NCBI GenBank assembly: GCA_043810775.1
Contig: JBDRNU010000007.1
Span: 5,050 to 69,049 of the forward strand
DNA from: an archaeon
Lineage (GTDB): Archaea; Nanobdellota; Nanobdellia; Pacearchaeales; GW2011-AR1
Direction: 5' to 3'
Length of the DNA stretch: 64,000 nucleotides
Both the position numbers and the translations under genes were made by a program. The notes under the pieces are model-generated. The model was not told the DNA's origin, did not search any database, and worked only from the letters and a program-made list of their open reading frames with translations. Positions 8,019 through 17,403 of this stretch are shown piece by piece (the stretch's first letter is position 1; the number at the start of each line of letters is the position of its first letter).

Positions 8019-8408
8019 ATGGAACTGTCAAAAAAATCCCAAACTGCTATTGAGTTTATGATTGTTTTAGGTTCAGCTTTATTTTTTTTTACACTAATTT
8101 TTTTAGTAATTAATGAGAACATTGCTGATAAAAATCGTGAGAAAGAAACAATAATTGTTTCAAATCTTGCCAAATCTGTGCAGGATGAAATAAATCTTGC
8201 TTCAGAAGCAAGCAATGGATACTATCGGGAGTTTTTTATTGCTGATAATATAATTGGCAAGGATTATTTAATTAGTGTAATTGAAAGCAGGATAATTATT
8301 AAAACAGATAAAAATGCAATTTCACTGCCTGTTCAAAATGTGACAGGATTTATACAAAAAGGTTCAAATACTATAAGAAAAGAGGATGGAATCGTGTATC
8401 TTAACTAG
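8019..8408 (+). CDS. Pilin-like protein with class III signal peptide
   Basis: MELSKKSQTAIEFMIVLGSALFFFTLIFLVI. Starts 1 nt after the upstream stop. Confidence 0.7.
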   Translation: MELSKKSQTAIEFMIVLGSALFFFTLIFLVINENIADKNREKETIIVSNLAKSVQDEINLASEASNGYYREFFIADNIIGKDYLISVIESRIIIKTDKNAISLPVQNVTGFIQKGSNTIRKEDGIVYLN

Positions 8409-8880
8409 AAAAGCCCAGGTCTGGAGTATAGACTTAGCAATAGCTATTGTAATTTTTTTAATTGGAATTACAATGATGTATTTTTATGCTCTTAACTACA
8501 CTCAGGAGACAGAAGACAAGCTGGAAGTTCTGTTTTATGATGGAAATAATGTCGGAGAAATCTTGCTTTCTCCTGGCTATCCAGAAGACTGGACTGTATC
8601 TGATGTAGTAACCCCTGGGATTCTTTCAGAAAATAAAATAAATCAGACAAAGCTTGATAATTTTAATTCGCTGAATTATGATGAGATTCAGCGCCGTCTA
8701 AATACTAATTATGAGCTCTTCTTTAACTTTTCAGAGCCAATGTACATTTCAGGAGCATATCAGAAAGGAATAGGCCGTGACCCTCTTGATTATTCACCTC
8801 GGGATATAGTAAAAGTTTCTCGATTTACAATTTACCAAAATAAACCTGTAAGGATAGATATTTTTATTTGGGATGATTAA
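8386..8880 (+). CDS. Pilin-like protein with class III signal peptide
   Basis: MESCILTRKAQVWSIDLAIAIVIFLIGITMMYF. Overlaps the upstream gene by 23 nt. Confidence 0.6.
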   Translation: MESCILTRKAQVWSIDLAIAIVIFLIGITMMYFYALNYTQETEDKLEVLFYDGNNVGEILLSPGYPEDWTVSDVVTPGILSENKINQTKLDNFNSLNYDEIQRRLNTNYELFFNFSEPMYISGAYQKGIGRDPLDYSPRDIVKVSRFTIYQNKPVRIDIFIWDD

Positions 8881-11800
8881 AATGAGGAAAAAAGGATATT
8901 ATTTTAGCATTGATGCTTTAATTGCATTAATTATAATTTTTACAGTTATTGTTACAGTCAGGCCTCCAATCAGGCAGGTTACTTCAGATATGTACCTTCA
9001 GGAAGACCTCTTGCTAGTTTTAACTAGCTTAAAAATAGGGGAAATAAATGAAACTGCTTATCCTTATGTGTATAATGACTGGATTCCTAATAATTATGTC
9101 ACTAATCAAAATCTGACTTTGTTAGACCAAATAGGGGCATTTTACTCTTATGATGATGGCCTTCCTGGCTCAAGGTCAAATAAGCTTACTCAAGATATCA
9201 TAAATCATCTGGGCGCAAAAGATAAAATTGGATTATGGTTTGATAATAGGATGATAGCTAATTCCTCTATTTATAATAATACTTACCAGGTCTGGACTTC
9301 TCGCCAGCTAATATCTGGAATTCAAAATGGAACAAATGTCACTGGTTTTACTGCTACTGCTTCCCTAAGTTCTACAAGCAGGCAGAGTTATTATTACTTT
9401 GGAGGTTATGTTGGTGATGGAATTATTAAAAAGAAAGTGGAATATCAGGGTAGCATTAAGAATGCATCTATAGAAGGAGAGCTTGTTGGAACATTTGACC
9501 TTTCAGTAATTAATTCAGCAGGAGTTGAAACTCCAGCAGGAACTTATACTGGTAGTGCAGGACAGATAACTAAAATAAATATTGAACCAGCCCAAAACTA
9601 TTTCACTCCTGGGGTGAATTATGTCAAATTTAATTCAAATGATTTTTATATTTCAGGAGGATTTGTAAAATTATCTTACGAAAATGTAACTTCTCCTTTT
9701 TCAAGATATAAAAGATATAATTTCCCGGGAATCCAAGGAGTAATAAATCTTTATGATAGCTTTTATGTTCCAGGTACTTTAAATTATATGAGTATTTACT
9801 TAAATTATTCAAGTAATTATACAGCATTTTTAAATCTTGGAAATATCACAATTGTAAATCAAACTAATACTTTTAATACACCAATCAGTTTATCTAATTC
9901 TGACTTGCTTTCACTGGGGTTAAATTATAATTCTCTTACTAATGAGACAATTCCGCTAAGGTTTGGCTTGTGGAATGTTTCTTACTCTTCATCTTCAAAA
10001 TCAAATGCAGATGTATTCTCAGTAACTGACTTAAGCGGAAGTATGGATGGTTCTAAAATTTCTGCTGCTAAAAGTGCTAATAAGGCACTTATTAGTGCAA
10101 TACTTAATGAAAGTATACCTGATAATGAAAATCGTTTAGGATTAGTAGGATATGAGTATTCAGCATCACAAGATGATTTTCACCCTCTCACGAAAAACAA
10201 TAATTCTTTAATAAATAAAGTAAACCAATGGGTTGCTGAAGGATACACATGTATTTGTTGTGGTATAAATAAAGTAATTGGAAACTTTATTGGAAAAGAG
10301 GAAATATATTACAATTTTGATGACAATGTCAATGATCAGTCAGGAAACGGAAATGACGCAGCAATTGTTGGCAGTCCTTCATATGTTTCAGGAGTGGATA
10401 ATACTGCTTTAAAATTTGATGGTGTTGATGACTATGTAAATGCCCATGATGATAATCTTTATTATACGCGCTCTGGAGCAATCTCATTCTGGTTTAAGCT
10501 CGAAAGTGATTTTGACAGGTATTCAGCAACAACTCAACCAATTTGGGGAAAATATATGAATAACAATAATAATGCCTTTATTGTCTTGCGGGGAAATGAT
10601 TTAACCAGTGCTGGTAGGTCAGGTGCAATCCTGGCAAAAATGGAAATGGCAGGGGAAGGGGGTGGTGATGATTATGCTTATTCAAATAGAAGAACATGGG
10701 ATGCTGATACTTGGTATCATTTAGCATTTGTATGGAATAGTAATACTATGCAAATTTATATAAATGGCGTCTTAGACAGAAGCACTTCTGGTGGGCAGGA
10801 TATAGGTTTTACTGGAGATAATGAAATTGGAAGAGTTAGCTTTGATTCCAGTGATATCAGCGGTCAGAGATATTTAGATGGCACAATTGATGAATTCAGG
10901 ATGCATAATCGTGCTTTAAATCTTACAGAAATTCAACAACTTGCAAATAATGTTCCTGTCTGTGGTGATAATCGCATTCAAGTAGGAGAGGTTTGCGATG
11001 GAAACTTTTTAGGATGCAATTCAGGAAGTGAAGTTGGAACTAAAAACTGCAGTTCTGATTGCATTTCTTATAATACTTGCGCAACTGAAAACAAGCACAG
11101 GACAATGATTGTAATGAGTGATGGTCTTGCTAATCGTGTTTGTGGAAATACTGCTTTGGATTATGATGGTGACAGCGATACTACTGAAGACCCCCAAGAC
11201 CAGGCAATAGATGCAGCTTGTGATGCATTTAAAAACTACAGTATAACTGTCCACGCTGTTGCTTTTGGTTCAGATGCAGATGATGACACCTTGCAGCTAA
11301 TAGCTCAATGTGGAAACGGAAGCTTTAGCTCAGGGACAGTTGAAGATATTGTAGATGTTTATATGCAGTTAGCTCGTTATATTCTTGAAGCAACTTTTCA
11401 AGAGCAAAGAATAGTAACTACTGGGGGGATTAACACTACTTTAGACCCAAGCTCGTATATTATTTTTAATTATTCTGCACCCTCAGTTTCAACCGGATTA
11501 TTGCTAAATATTGAAACTAATGAGTTTAATAATAATATAGCTGAAGGAAACTTTAGTGTTCCTGAAGACGCTGAATTATTAGAAGCAAATCTCATATCTT
11601 ATTCAAGAAGCTGGTGGACCTCAAATGTCTCAATTTTTAATACAAACTGGAAAAAAGTTTTTAATCTAGCTGACTATGGCTCTGATTATCTGCAGCTTGG
11701 CGACCCTTATGTTATAAATATTCCCATTGATTTAGCTGAGAATGGAGAAAATAAAGTTAGAGTTCAGTTAGGGTTATCTCCAACAAACTATACTGGTGGT

Positions 11801-12157
11801 TCTAATAAGAGTAAAATAATCTATACTATATTAAAAGAGCGTACTTCATTTTCCCCAATTAAACCAAAAGCAGACGGATGTATCTGGATTTTAAAATTTA
11901 ATGATGGGCAGGAATCTTCTATAAAAGTTCCACAGTACTATACTGGAACTCGCCTGTGCTATTATAATGAATCAGTCTACAACACTAATGATGCAATAGA
12001 TGAAGCTACTTATGCTTTACTAGAAAAAATGGATATTAATTCAGACGGAATAATAGATACTAAATTTACAGAGCAGGACTTGGAAGTTACAACCAATAGG
12101 CTAAAAGGAGTGCCATTTGCCTGGTCTACTGAAGCTCAGGTGAGAGTGTGGAGGTAA
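8873..12157 (+). CDS. Giant pilin-like adhesin candidate: class III signal peptide + vWA domain interrupted by LamG-like and Cys-rich modules
   Basis: 1094 aa. N-terminus MRKKGYYFSIDALIALIIIFTVIV. vWA MIDAS DLSGS at 10028-10042, with the matching distal vWA strand MIVMSDGLAN near 11105-11130. In between: LamG/ConA-like signature (GNGNDAAIVGSPSYVSGVDNTALKFDGVDDYV...TIDEFRMHNRALNLTEIQQL, about 10313-10942) and a Cys-rich repeat (CGDNRIQVGEVCDGNFLGCNSG...C, about 10960-11080). Confidence 0.75.
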   Translation: MIKMRKKGYYFSIDALIALIIIFTVIVTVRPPIRQVTSDMYLQEDLLLVLTSLKIGEINETAYPYVYNDWIPNNYVTNQNLTLLDQIGAFYSYDDGLPGSRSNKLTQDIINHLGAKDKIGLWFDNRMIANSSIYNNTYQVWTSRQLISGIQNGTNVTGFTATASLSSTSRQSYYYFGGYVGDGIIKKKVEYQGSIKNASIEGELVGTFDLSVINSAGVETPAGTYTGSAGQITKINIEPAQNYFTPGVNYVKFNSNDFYISGGFVKLSYENVTSPFSRYKRYNFPGIQGVINLYDSFYVPGTLNYMSIYLNYSSNYTAFLNLGNITIVNQTNTFNTPISLSNSDLLSLGLNYNSLTNETIPLRFGLWNVSYSSSSKSNADVFSVTDLSGSMDGSKISAAKSANKALISAILNESIPDNENRLGLVGYEYSASQDDFHPLTKNNNSLINKVNQWVAEGYTCICCGINKVIGNFIGKEEIYYNFDDNVNDQSGNGNDAAIVGSPSYVSGVDNTALKFDGVDDYVNAHDDNLYYTRSGAISFWFKLESDFDRYSATTQPIWGKYMNNNNNAFIVLRGNDLTSAGRSGAILAKMEMAGEGGGDDYAYSNRRTWDADTWYHLAFVWNSNTMQIYINGVLDRSTSGGQDIGFTGDNEIGRVSFDSSDISGQRYLDGTIDEFRMHNRALNLTEIQQLANNVPVCGDNRIQVGEVCDGNFLGCNSGSEVGTKNCSSDCISYNTCATENKHRTMIVMSDGLANRVCGNTALDYDGDSDTTEDPQDQAIDAACDAFKNYSITVHAVAFGSDADDDTLQLIAQCGNGSFSSGTVEDIVDVYMQLARYILEATFQEQRIVTTGGINTTLDPSSYIIFNYSAPSVSTGLLLNIETNEFNNNIAEGNFSVPEDAELLEANLISYSRSWWTSNVSIFNTNWKKVFNLADYGSDYLQLGDPYVINIPIDLAENGENKVRVQLGLSPTNYTGGSNKSKIIYTILKERTSFSPIKPKADGCIWILKFNDGQESSIKVPQYYTGTRLCYYNESVYNTNDAIDEATYALLEKMDINSDGIIDTKFTEQDLEVTTNRLKGVPFAWSTEAQVRVWR

Positions 12158-12158
12158 A

Positions 12159-13103
12159 ATGAATTCAAAAGCCCAGATGTTTACAATGTTTGCAATATCA
12201 ATTCTTATTCTGCTTTTTGTATCTTATAGTGTCTATACTTTAGCCCAGGATAGAAAGGCAATAAAAATAAGAGTCACTACTATGGATAGTTTTCTTTCAT
12301 CCATAGAGCAAGATCTCGAAAGGCAGCTGTATATTTATGGTTTTAGATCACTAATCATAGCTGAAGATTATGTTTCAACAAAAGGAGAGTATATTCCTGA
12401 TGTAAATGAATTTTTCAATCTAACTTTTTACAATGAAACAGTTTACGAAAAAAATTATACTGAACTAATTTCAGGCGCAAACTATCCTTATATCCTTTCA
12501 AAAATTAACAAAGCCTCTTCAAAAATAAATGTTGAAATCTTGCTGACTGATATAAATATTTCTGTGGCTCAGGAAGATCCCTGGCACGTGGTTGTTATTT
12601 TCCAGGCAAACCTGACAATGCGCGATAAAGCTGGCCTTGCATACTGGAATAAGACAGAAGTGATAAAATCCTATATTCCTATTGAAGGATTTGGAGAGCC
12701 TGTTTATATAGTCAAGACAAAATCATTTTTATTAGATAAGTCAAAAATAAATAAAACTTTATATGATGGGAATTACAACTCTGCAGGAGATCGCTCCAAT
12801 CTTACCAGTCATGTTATTTATGGCCTTTATGCAGAAAATCCAGATGCCCCTAGTTACTTGCAGAGATTAGAGGGGAAAATTTCAGATTCAAGCCCAAATG
12901 GAATTGAGAGATTATTATATATTCCAGATTTGAGCTTGTATGAAGACCAGGGTGTTCAAGTTTTTGACGGAAAAAGTGTTGTTGACCATGTTTATTTTTC
13001 TTCAGGGTTTACAGGTGGCTCTCAAATTTCAGGAACAGGAATTCCTGCTGGTTGGAGTTGGTTTATTATTGACTCAAATCATGACGATGAAAAGTATACT
13101 TAA
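12159..13103 (+). CDS. Pilin-like protein with class III signal peptide
   Basis: MNSKAQMFTMFAISILILLFVSYSVY. Starts 1 nt after the upstream stop. Confidence 0.6.
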   Translation: MNSKAQMFTMFAISILILLFVSYSVYTLAQDRKAIKIRVTTMDSFLSSIEQDLERQLYIYGFRSLIIAEDYVSTKGEYIPDVNEFFNLTFYNETVYEKNYTELISGANYPYILSKINKASSKINVEILLTDINISVAQEDPWHVVVIFQANLTMRDKAGLAYWNKTEVIKSYIPIEGFGEPVYIVKTKSFLLDKSKINKTLYDGNYNSAGDRSNLTSHVIYGLYAENPDAPSYLQRLEGKISDSSPNGIERLLYIPDLSLYEDQGVQVFDGKSVVDHVYFSSGFTGGSQISGTGIPAGWSWFIIDSNHDDEKYT

Positions 13104-13121
13104 TTATAATTCAGCGATACA

Positions 13122-13129
13122 TTTATAAA
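13122..13129 (+). promoter_or_regulatory. TATA-box-like TTTATAAA upstream of the major-pilin candidate
   Basis: About 50 nt upstream of ATG 13179. This leaves a short leader carrying the GGAGGT ribosome-binding site. Confidence 0.35.
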
Positions 13130-13167
13130 GTCCACATTCAAAATAATATTATATACTGATTAAAAAA

Positions 13168-13173
13168 GGAGGT
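13168..13173 (+). promoter_or_regulatory. Strong Shine-Dalgarno sequence GGAGGT
   Basis: AAAAGGAGGTAAAAAATG; 5-nt spacer to ATG 13179. Confidence 0.6.
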
Positions 13174-13178
13174 AAAAA

Positions 13179-13643
13179 ATGATAATGTCTAAAAAAGGAC
13201 AGGCAGCAATGGAATTTTTGATGACCTATGGTTGGGCCATTCTGGCAGCTATAGTAGTAATTGCAGTGCTTGCATGGTTTGGTGTATTTAATCTTGGAAA
13301 TCTCGCACCTAGTGCTTGTGTAATTTCTGCGCCTTTTAGCTGTGAAGAATACGGAATAACTGAAACATCAGGAATTCAGCTAGTTGTAAGAAATGGATAT
13401 GGTAATACTGTTGATATTGCAAGTATTGATGTTATGGGTTGTGGTTCTGAAGATAATAGTGCAGCAGGATGGATTGTACAAGATGGGCAGCTTGTTAGTG
13501 GAACAACTTTGACAATTACATGCGGAACAGCATTAACAGCAGGTGAACTTTTCAGAGGAGATATAAATATCACTTACATGAAATCTGGTGGTTCAATTTC
13601 ACAAACAGCATCTGGTTCAATCAAAGGCGAAGTAGCACCTTAA
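13179..13643 (+). CDS. Major pilin candidate (class III signal peptide, small secreted globular domain)
   Basis: MIMSKKGQAAMEFLMTYGWAILAAIVVIAVLAWF. 154 aa. Has its own TATA box and strong SD, and is followed by oligo-T tracts. Confidence 0.7.
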   Translation: MIMSKKGQAAMEFLMTYGWAILAAIVVIAVLAWFGVFNLGNLAPSACVISAPFSCEEYGITETSGIQLVVRNGYGNTVDIASIDVMGCGSEDNSAAGWIVQDGQLVSGTTLTITCGTALTAGELFRGDINITYMKSGGSISQTASGSIKGEVAP

Positions 13644-13644
13644 A

Positions 13645-13674
13645 TTTATTTTTTTATTTTTTTAAATATTTTTC
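13645..13674 (+). terminator. Oligo-T archaeal-type terminator region
   Basis: Two T7 runs (13649-13655 and 13657-13663) directly after stop 13641-13643. Confidence 0.45.
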
Positions 13675-13825
13675 TTAAGTATAGTTTAGTCTAGTTTTAT
13701 ATAGAACAAATATTATTGTCAATCAGATAAATTTAAAAATTACCTAAGATTAAGTCAAATATGATAAGAAAAATTAAATTAAACAATTTAAGGGAAAGCA
13801 AAAGAAAACCATAGGTTGTCAGAAT

Positions 13826-15508
13826 ATGAAAATTATAACTTTGCATTGTGACTATATTAAATTCAAGCCTTTGAAAAAGGCATTGAAGTCAGCTGAAGAA
13901 GTTGATAATAATGAAAAAAAAGTGAGTGAGTGCCTTGTAGTCTTAACTGCAGTTGAGAAAGGCGATACTGAAAAAACTACTGATTTATATATTAAGGAAA
14001 TAAAAGATATTGCCTCGCAAGTTAAGGCAAAGAATATTGTCCTTTATCCTTATGCACATTTATCTTCAAATCTTTCTAATCCAGATTTGGCAGTTAGCAT
14101 TATGAAAGATGCAGAGAAAAAACTTGGAAAGGAATTTTCAGTTGAGCGGGCTCCTTTTGGCTACTATAAGGAATTTGAGTTAAAATGCAAGGGCCATCCT
14201 CTTAGCGAACTGTCTCGCACGATAACTAGTGAAGGAAAAGTCAAAGAAAAATATGATGTTAAACAGCTTTTAAGAGAGCTTTCAAAAGCTAAGCTAGATA
14301 CTTCCAAGCTAAAGGAAAATGACCACAGAATTTTAGGGCAGAAGCTGGACTTATTTAGCTTTCATGACTCAGCCCCAGGAGCAGTTTTTTTGCATGACAA
14401 GGGACTGATAATTTATAATGAACTAATTAAATACTGGAGAGAAATGCATAGGAAATCCCAATACAGAGAAATATCCACCCCTTTTATACTGGACAAAAAA
14501 TTATGGCAGATTTCAGGGCACTGGGAAAAATACCATGAAAATATATTTCTAACTGAATATGAAAAGCGTCAGTTTGCAGTCAAGCCAATGAACTGCCCGG
14601 GCGGAATTCTAGTCTTTAAGTCTAATCCAAAATCTTATCGGGATTTTCCATTGAGAGTAGCTGAACTTGGAGTTGTTCACAGGCAGGAATTATCTGGAAC
14701 TCTTGCAGGATTATTTAGAGTTATTAAAATAACACAAGATGATGCCCATATTTACTGTACAAATGAAAGCCAGGTAGAATCAGAAATTGGCAAAATTATT
14801 GATTTAACTCTTGAAATTTATAAGAAATTCAAGCTGAAGGTAGACCATATTGAGCTGTCTACTCGCCCGGAAAAAAGAATTGGAAGTGATGCTATCTGGG
14901 ACCTTGCAGAAAAAACTCTTGAAAAAGTTTTAAAAAAGAAAAAAATTCCATTTAAAGTCAATAAAGGTGATGGAGCTTTTTACGGCCCTAAAATAGATTA
15001 TCATATAAAGGACTCTCTTGAAAGAAACTGGCAGTTAGGAACAATCCAGCTGGATTTTGCAATACCAGAACGTTTTGACTTAAATTACACTGGAGAGGAC
15101 AATAAAGAGCATCGCCCAATAATGATTCATCGAACTATTTATGGGAGTTTAGAGAGATTTATAGGGATATTATTAGAGCATACAAATGGCAATCTTCCTG
15201 CCTGGCTAGCTCCAATTCAGGTTCGAGTATTAAGCTTCACTTCCAGAAATGAGAAATATACAAGGCAAGTCGCTGGCAAGTTGCTTGAAGCTGGAATTAG
15301 GGTCGATTTAGATGTCGAAGATAAAACAGTCTCAAGTAAAGTAAGAGAAGCTGAAATTCAGAAAATACCCTATATTATAGTAGCAGGAGATAAAGAGCAG
15401 AAATCCAAGAAAATAGCACTAAGATCCCATGGAAGCAAGAAAATATCTACCTTGAGTATAGATAATTTTATAAAAGACATAAGCTTAGAAATAAAAGAGA
15501 GGAAATAA
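13826..15508 (+). CDS. thrS: Threonyl-tRNA synthetase, archaeal type with N-terminal editing domain
   Basis: 560 aa. N-terminus MKIITLHCDYIKFKPLKKAL resembles the archaeal ThrRS editing domain. Class II core (HRQELSGTLAGLFRVIKITQDDAHIYC, GAFYGPKID). C-terminal anticodon-binding domain (VRVLSF...IPYIIVAGDKE). Confidence 0.92.
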   Translation: MKIITLHCDYIKFKPLKKALKSAEEVDNNEKKVSECLVVLTAVEKGDTEKTTDLYIKEIKDIASQVKAKNIVLYPYAHLSSNLSNPDLAVSIMKDAEKKLGKEFSVERAPFGYYKEFELKCKGHPLSELSRTITSEGKVKEKYDVKQLLRELSKAKLDTSKLKENDHRILGQKLDLFSFHDSAPGAVFLHDKGLIIYNELIKYWREMHRKSQYREISTPFILDKKLWQISGHWEKYHENIFLTEYEKRQFAVKPMNCPGGILVFKSNPKSYRDFPLRVAELGVVHRQELSGTLAGLFRVIKITQDDAHIYCTNESQVESEIGKIIDLTLEIYKKFKLKVDHIELSTRPEKRIGSDAIWDLAEKTLEKVLKKKKIPFKVNKGDGAFYGPKIDYHIKDSLERNWQLGTIQLDFAIPERFDLNYTGEDNKEHRPIMIHRTIYGSLERFIGILLEHTNGNLPAWLAPIQVRVLSFTSRNEKYTRQVAGKLLEAGIRVDLDVEDKTVSSKVREAEIQKIPYIIVAGDKEQKSKKIALRSHGSKKISTLSIDNFIKDISLEIKERK

Positions 15509-15523
15509 TAAGGAGAAAAAAAG

Positions 15524-16018
15524 GTGAAATTTGACCACTATTTAAATCGTGCACAAGAAAGCAGTGAATTTAAAAAATTCAAAGGTAAACATGAAAAAGC
15601 ATACCTGTGCGCAGGTTTCTTTGTCCTAGATTTTGAGTCTGGGAAGAACATGCACCAGATTGATTTTTATATTCCTACTAATAAAAAAATAGCTACTTTT
15701 AATTTACACGAAGGAATTGATTTTCATGTTTCAAAAGGAGTTATGAAAAAAAAGCCAAAAGTGCTTGATAATAATATAAAACTGGACTTAGAGCAGCTAA
15801 AGGGGATAGTTGAAGATGAGATGCATAATCGTACAGTAACTCATGAAATCAAAAAAATAATTGCAGTAATACAAAACGTAGACGGCAAGAAAACCTGGGT
15901 TCTTAACTGCATAACTGACGGTCTTGGCCTGATAAAAGTTAATATTGATGATTCTGATGAATCTGTCCTTAAATTTGAAAAAGCTAATTTAATGGACTTC
16001 ATCAAAAAGGTCAAGTAA
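15524..16018 (+). CDS. Hypothetical protein
   Basis: 164 aa. GTG start preceded by AAGGAG. Tightly follows thrS. No motif recognised. Confidence 0.55.
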   Translation: MKFDHYLNRAQESSEFKKFKGKHEKAYLCAGFFVLDFESGKNMHQIDFYIPTNKKIATFNLHEGIDFHVSKGVMKKKPKVLDNNIKLDLEQLKGIVEDEMHNRTVTHEIKKIIAVIQNVDGKKTWVLNCITDGLGLIKVNIDDSDESVLKFEKANLMDFIKKVK

Positions 16019-16050
16019 GATTTAAATATACTCTTTCTATCAGGAAATTA

Positions 16051-17403
16051 ATGGTTTTCAAAGTTGAAGTTATAGATTATCCATCATCAGATGAATTATT
16101 AAATTCAGATTTTGTTCTTGCCGGAAATTCAATTCAAGTAGCTTCTAGTCTTAGAGTTCTTGAGCTAGACCCTTCAAGAGATATTAGAAGAGGAGTTTAT
16201 TGCCCAAATATCTCAAATATTCTTGAAATAATAAAAGGGTGTGAAATTCCAGAAGAAGCCTGTCTGGGGGACTTAAATGATAGCCCCTCAGCAGTTTATC
16301 TTGATGTTGAAAATAATAAGATTGCAGGATGCACTGCTTATCATGATGGATTTGATAAAGCAAGTCTTCTGGACTTTCAGGCTACAGTTTTTTTAAGGGA
16401 TTTAAGAGGTTTTGTAGATGTTCTAACTCCAAGAGGAGTTGATAAGTTAGATAATCTTAAGTATGCTTTTCATAGATACCTTGGCTTAAGAACTGAATTT
16501 TTTCCTGTAACTGAAGAGGATTTAGTAAGATTTAATTCAGAAGCAAGAGATAAGCAAGTTGAATCATTTAAGAAAGTTCCAAGGAAAAGCGAGCCAGAAT
16601 GCGCTGAATTTTTTAGTAAAGTATTTGATGAAGCTTATTTAGGATGGGATACTTTTCTTTATTTTGGAGATAGTGATATGGATCTAAAATTCACAGATAA
16701 TCTAAGAGAATTGACTGGAAAAACTTGTCGTACTGTAATGATTCCGAGATTTAGCCTTGAAGAAATAGTCAATGTCCTTGATGAAGTGCAGATTTCTAAG
16801 TCAACCATAGTAGCTTCTGATATTGACAAAACCTTTCTTGCACCTAAAGAAAATAGCAGTGTTCTAGATTCAGTTTTTGTTCGAGCTCTAAAAGATTTTA
16901 CTTTAGACGTACTAGGTTATTGCAACGAGCAAAGATTAAGAGATAGCTATTTTTGGCTATCAGGAGATAAATGCAGCAGAGTTATTAAACATGATAATTG
17001 CAGAGTAGCTTTAGCTGTGCTTTTAGACCAAGCAAATCTTGTAGAGTACCAGTATATAGATAGAAGAGCAAGCTTTTCAAGTCTATTATTTACTTCAGAA
17101 GTAACTCATAATATGGGGAAGCTAGGAAAGATAGTCGCTGAAGCAAAAGAATACTATGGAAGACAAGAGCCTATTCTTCTCCCATTATATCGTGAAAAAG
17201 AAGCCAAAGCAACTCATGATGCCCTATACAGTGGAGAATTAATGTATAATCGTCCTCTCGCAGAGTTTTTCCATCTTATTTCTAATAAAGTTGGATTTCT
17301 AGCCTTGATATCTGATAAGCCATTGCAGTCTTCTGCACCAATAGCAAAAGGAAGACTTATTGGAAATTCCATACTTCCAGAGTTAATCAGAAAACTTCAC
17401 TAA
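16051..17403 (+). CDS. Hypothetical protein (possible HAD-like DxDxT motif in the C-terminal half)
   Basis: 450 aa. IVASDIDKTFL resembles HAD motif I; the other HAD motifs were not confidently seen. Confidence 0.5.
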   Translation: MVFKVEVIDYPSSDELLNSDFVLAGNSIQVASSLRVLELDPSRDIRRGVYCPNISNILEIIKGCEIPEEACLGDLNDSPSAVYLDVENNKIAGCTAYHDGFDKASLLDFQATVFLRDLRGFVDVLTPRGVDKLDNLKYAFHRYLGLRTEFFPVTEEDLVRFNSEARDKQVESFKKVPRKSEPECAEFFSKVFDEAYLGWDTFLYFGDSDMDLKFTDNLRELTGKTCRTVMIPRFSLEEIVNVLDEVQISKSTIVASDIDKTFLAPKENSSVLDSVFVRALKDFTLDVLGYCNEQRLRDSYFWLSGDKCSRVIKHDNCRVALAVLLDQANLVEYQYIDRRASFSSLLFTSEVTHNMGKLGKIVAEAKEYYGRQEPILLPLYREKEAKATHDALYSGELMYNRPLAEFFHLISNKVGFLALISDKPLQSSAPIAKGRLIGNSILPELIRKLH

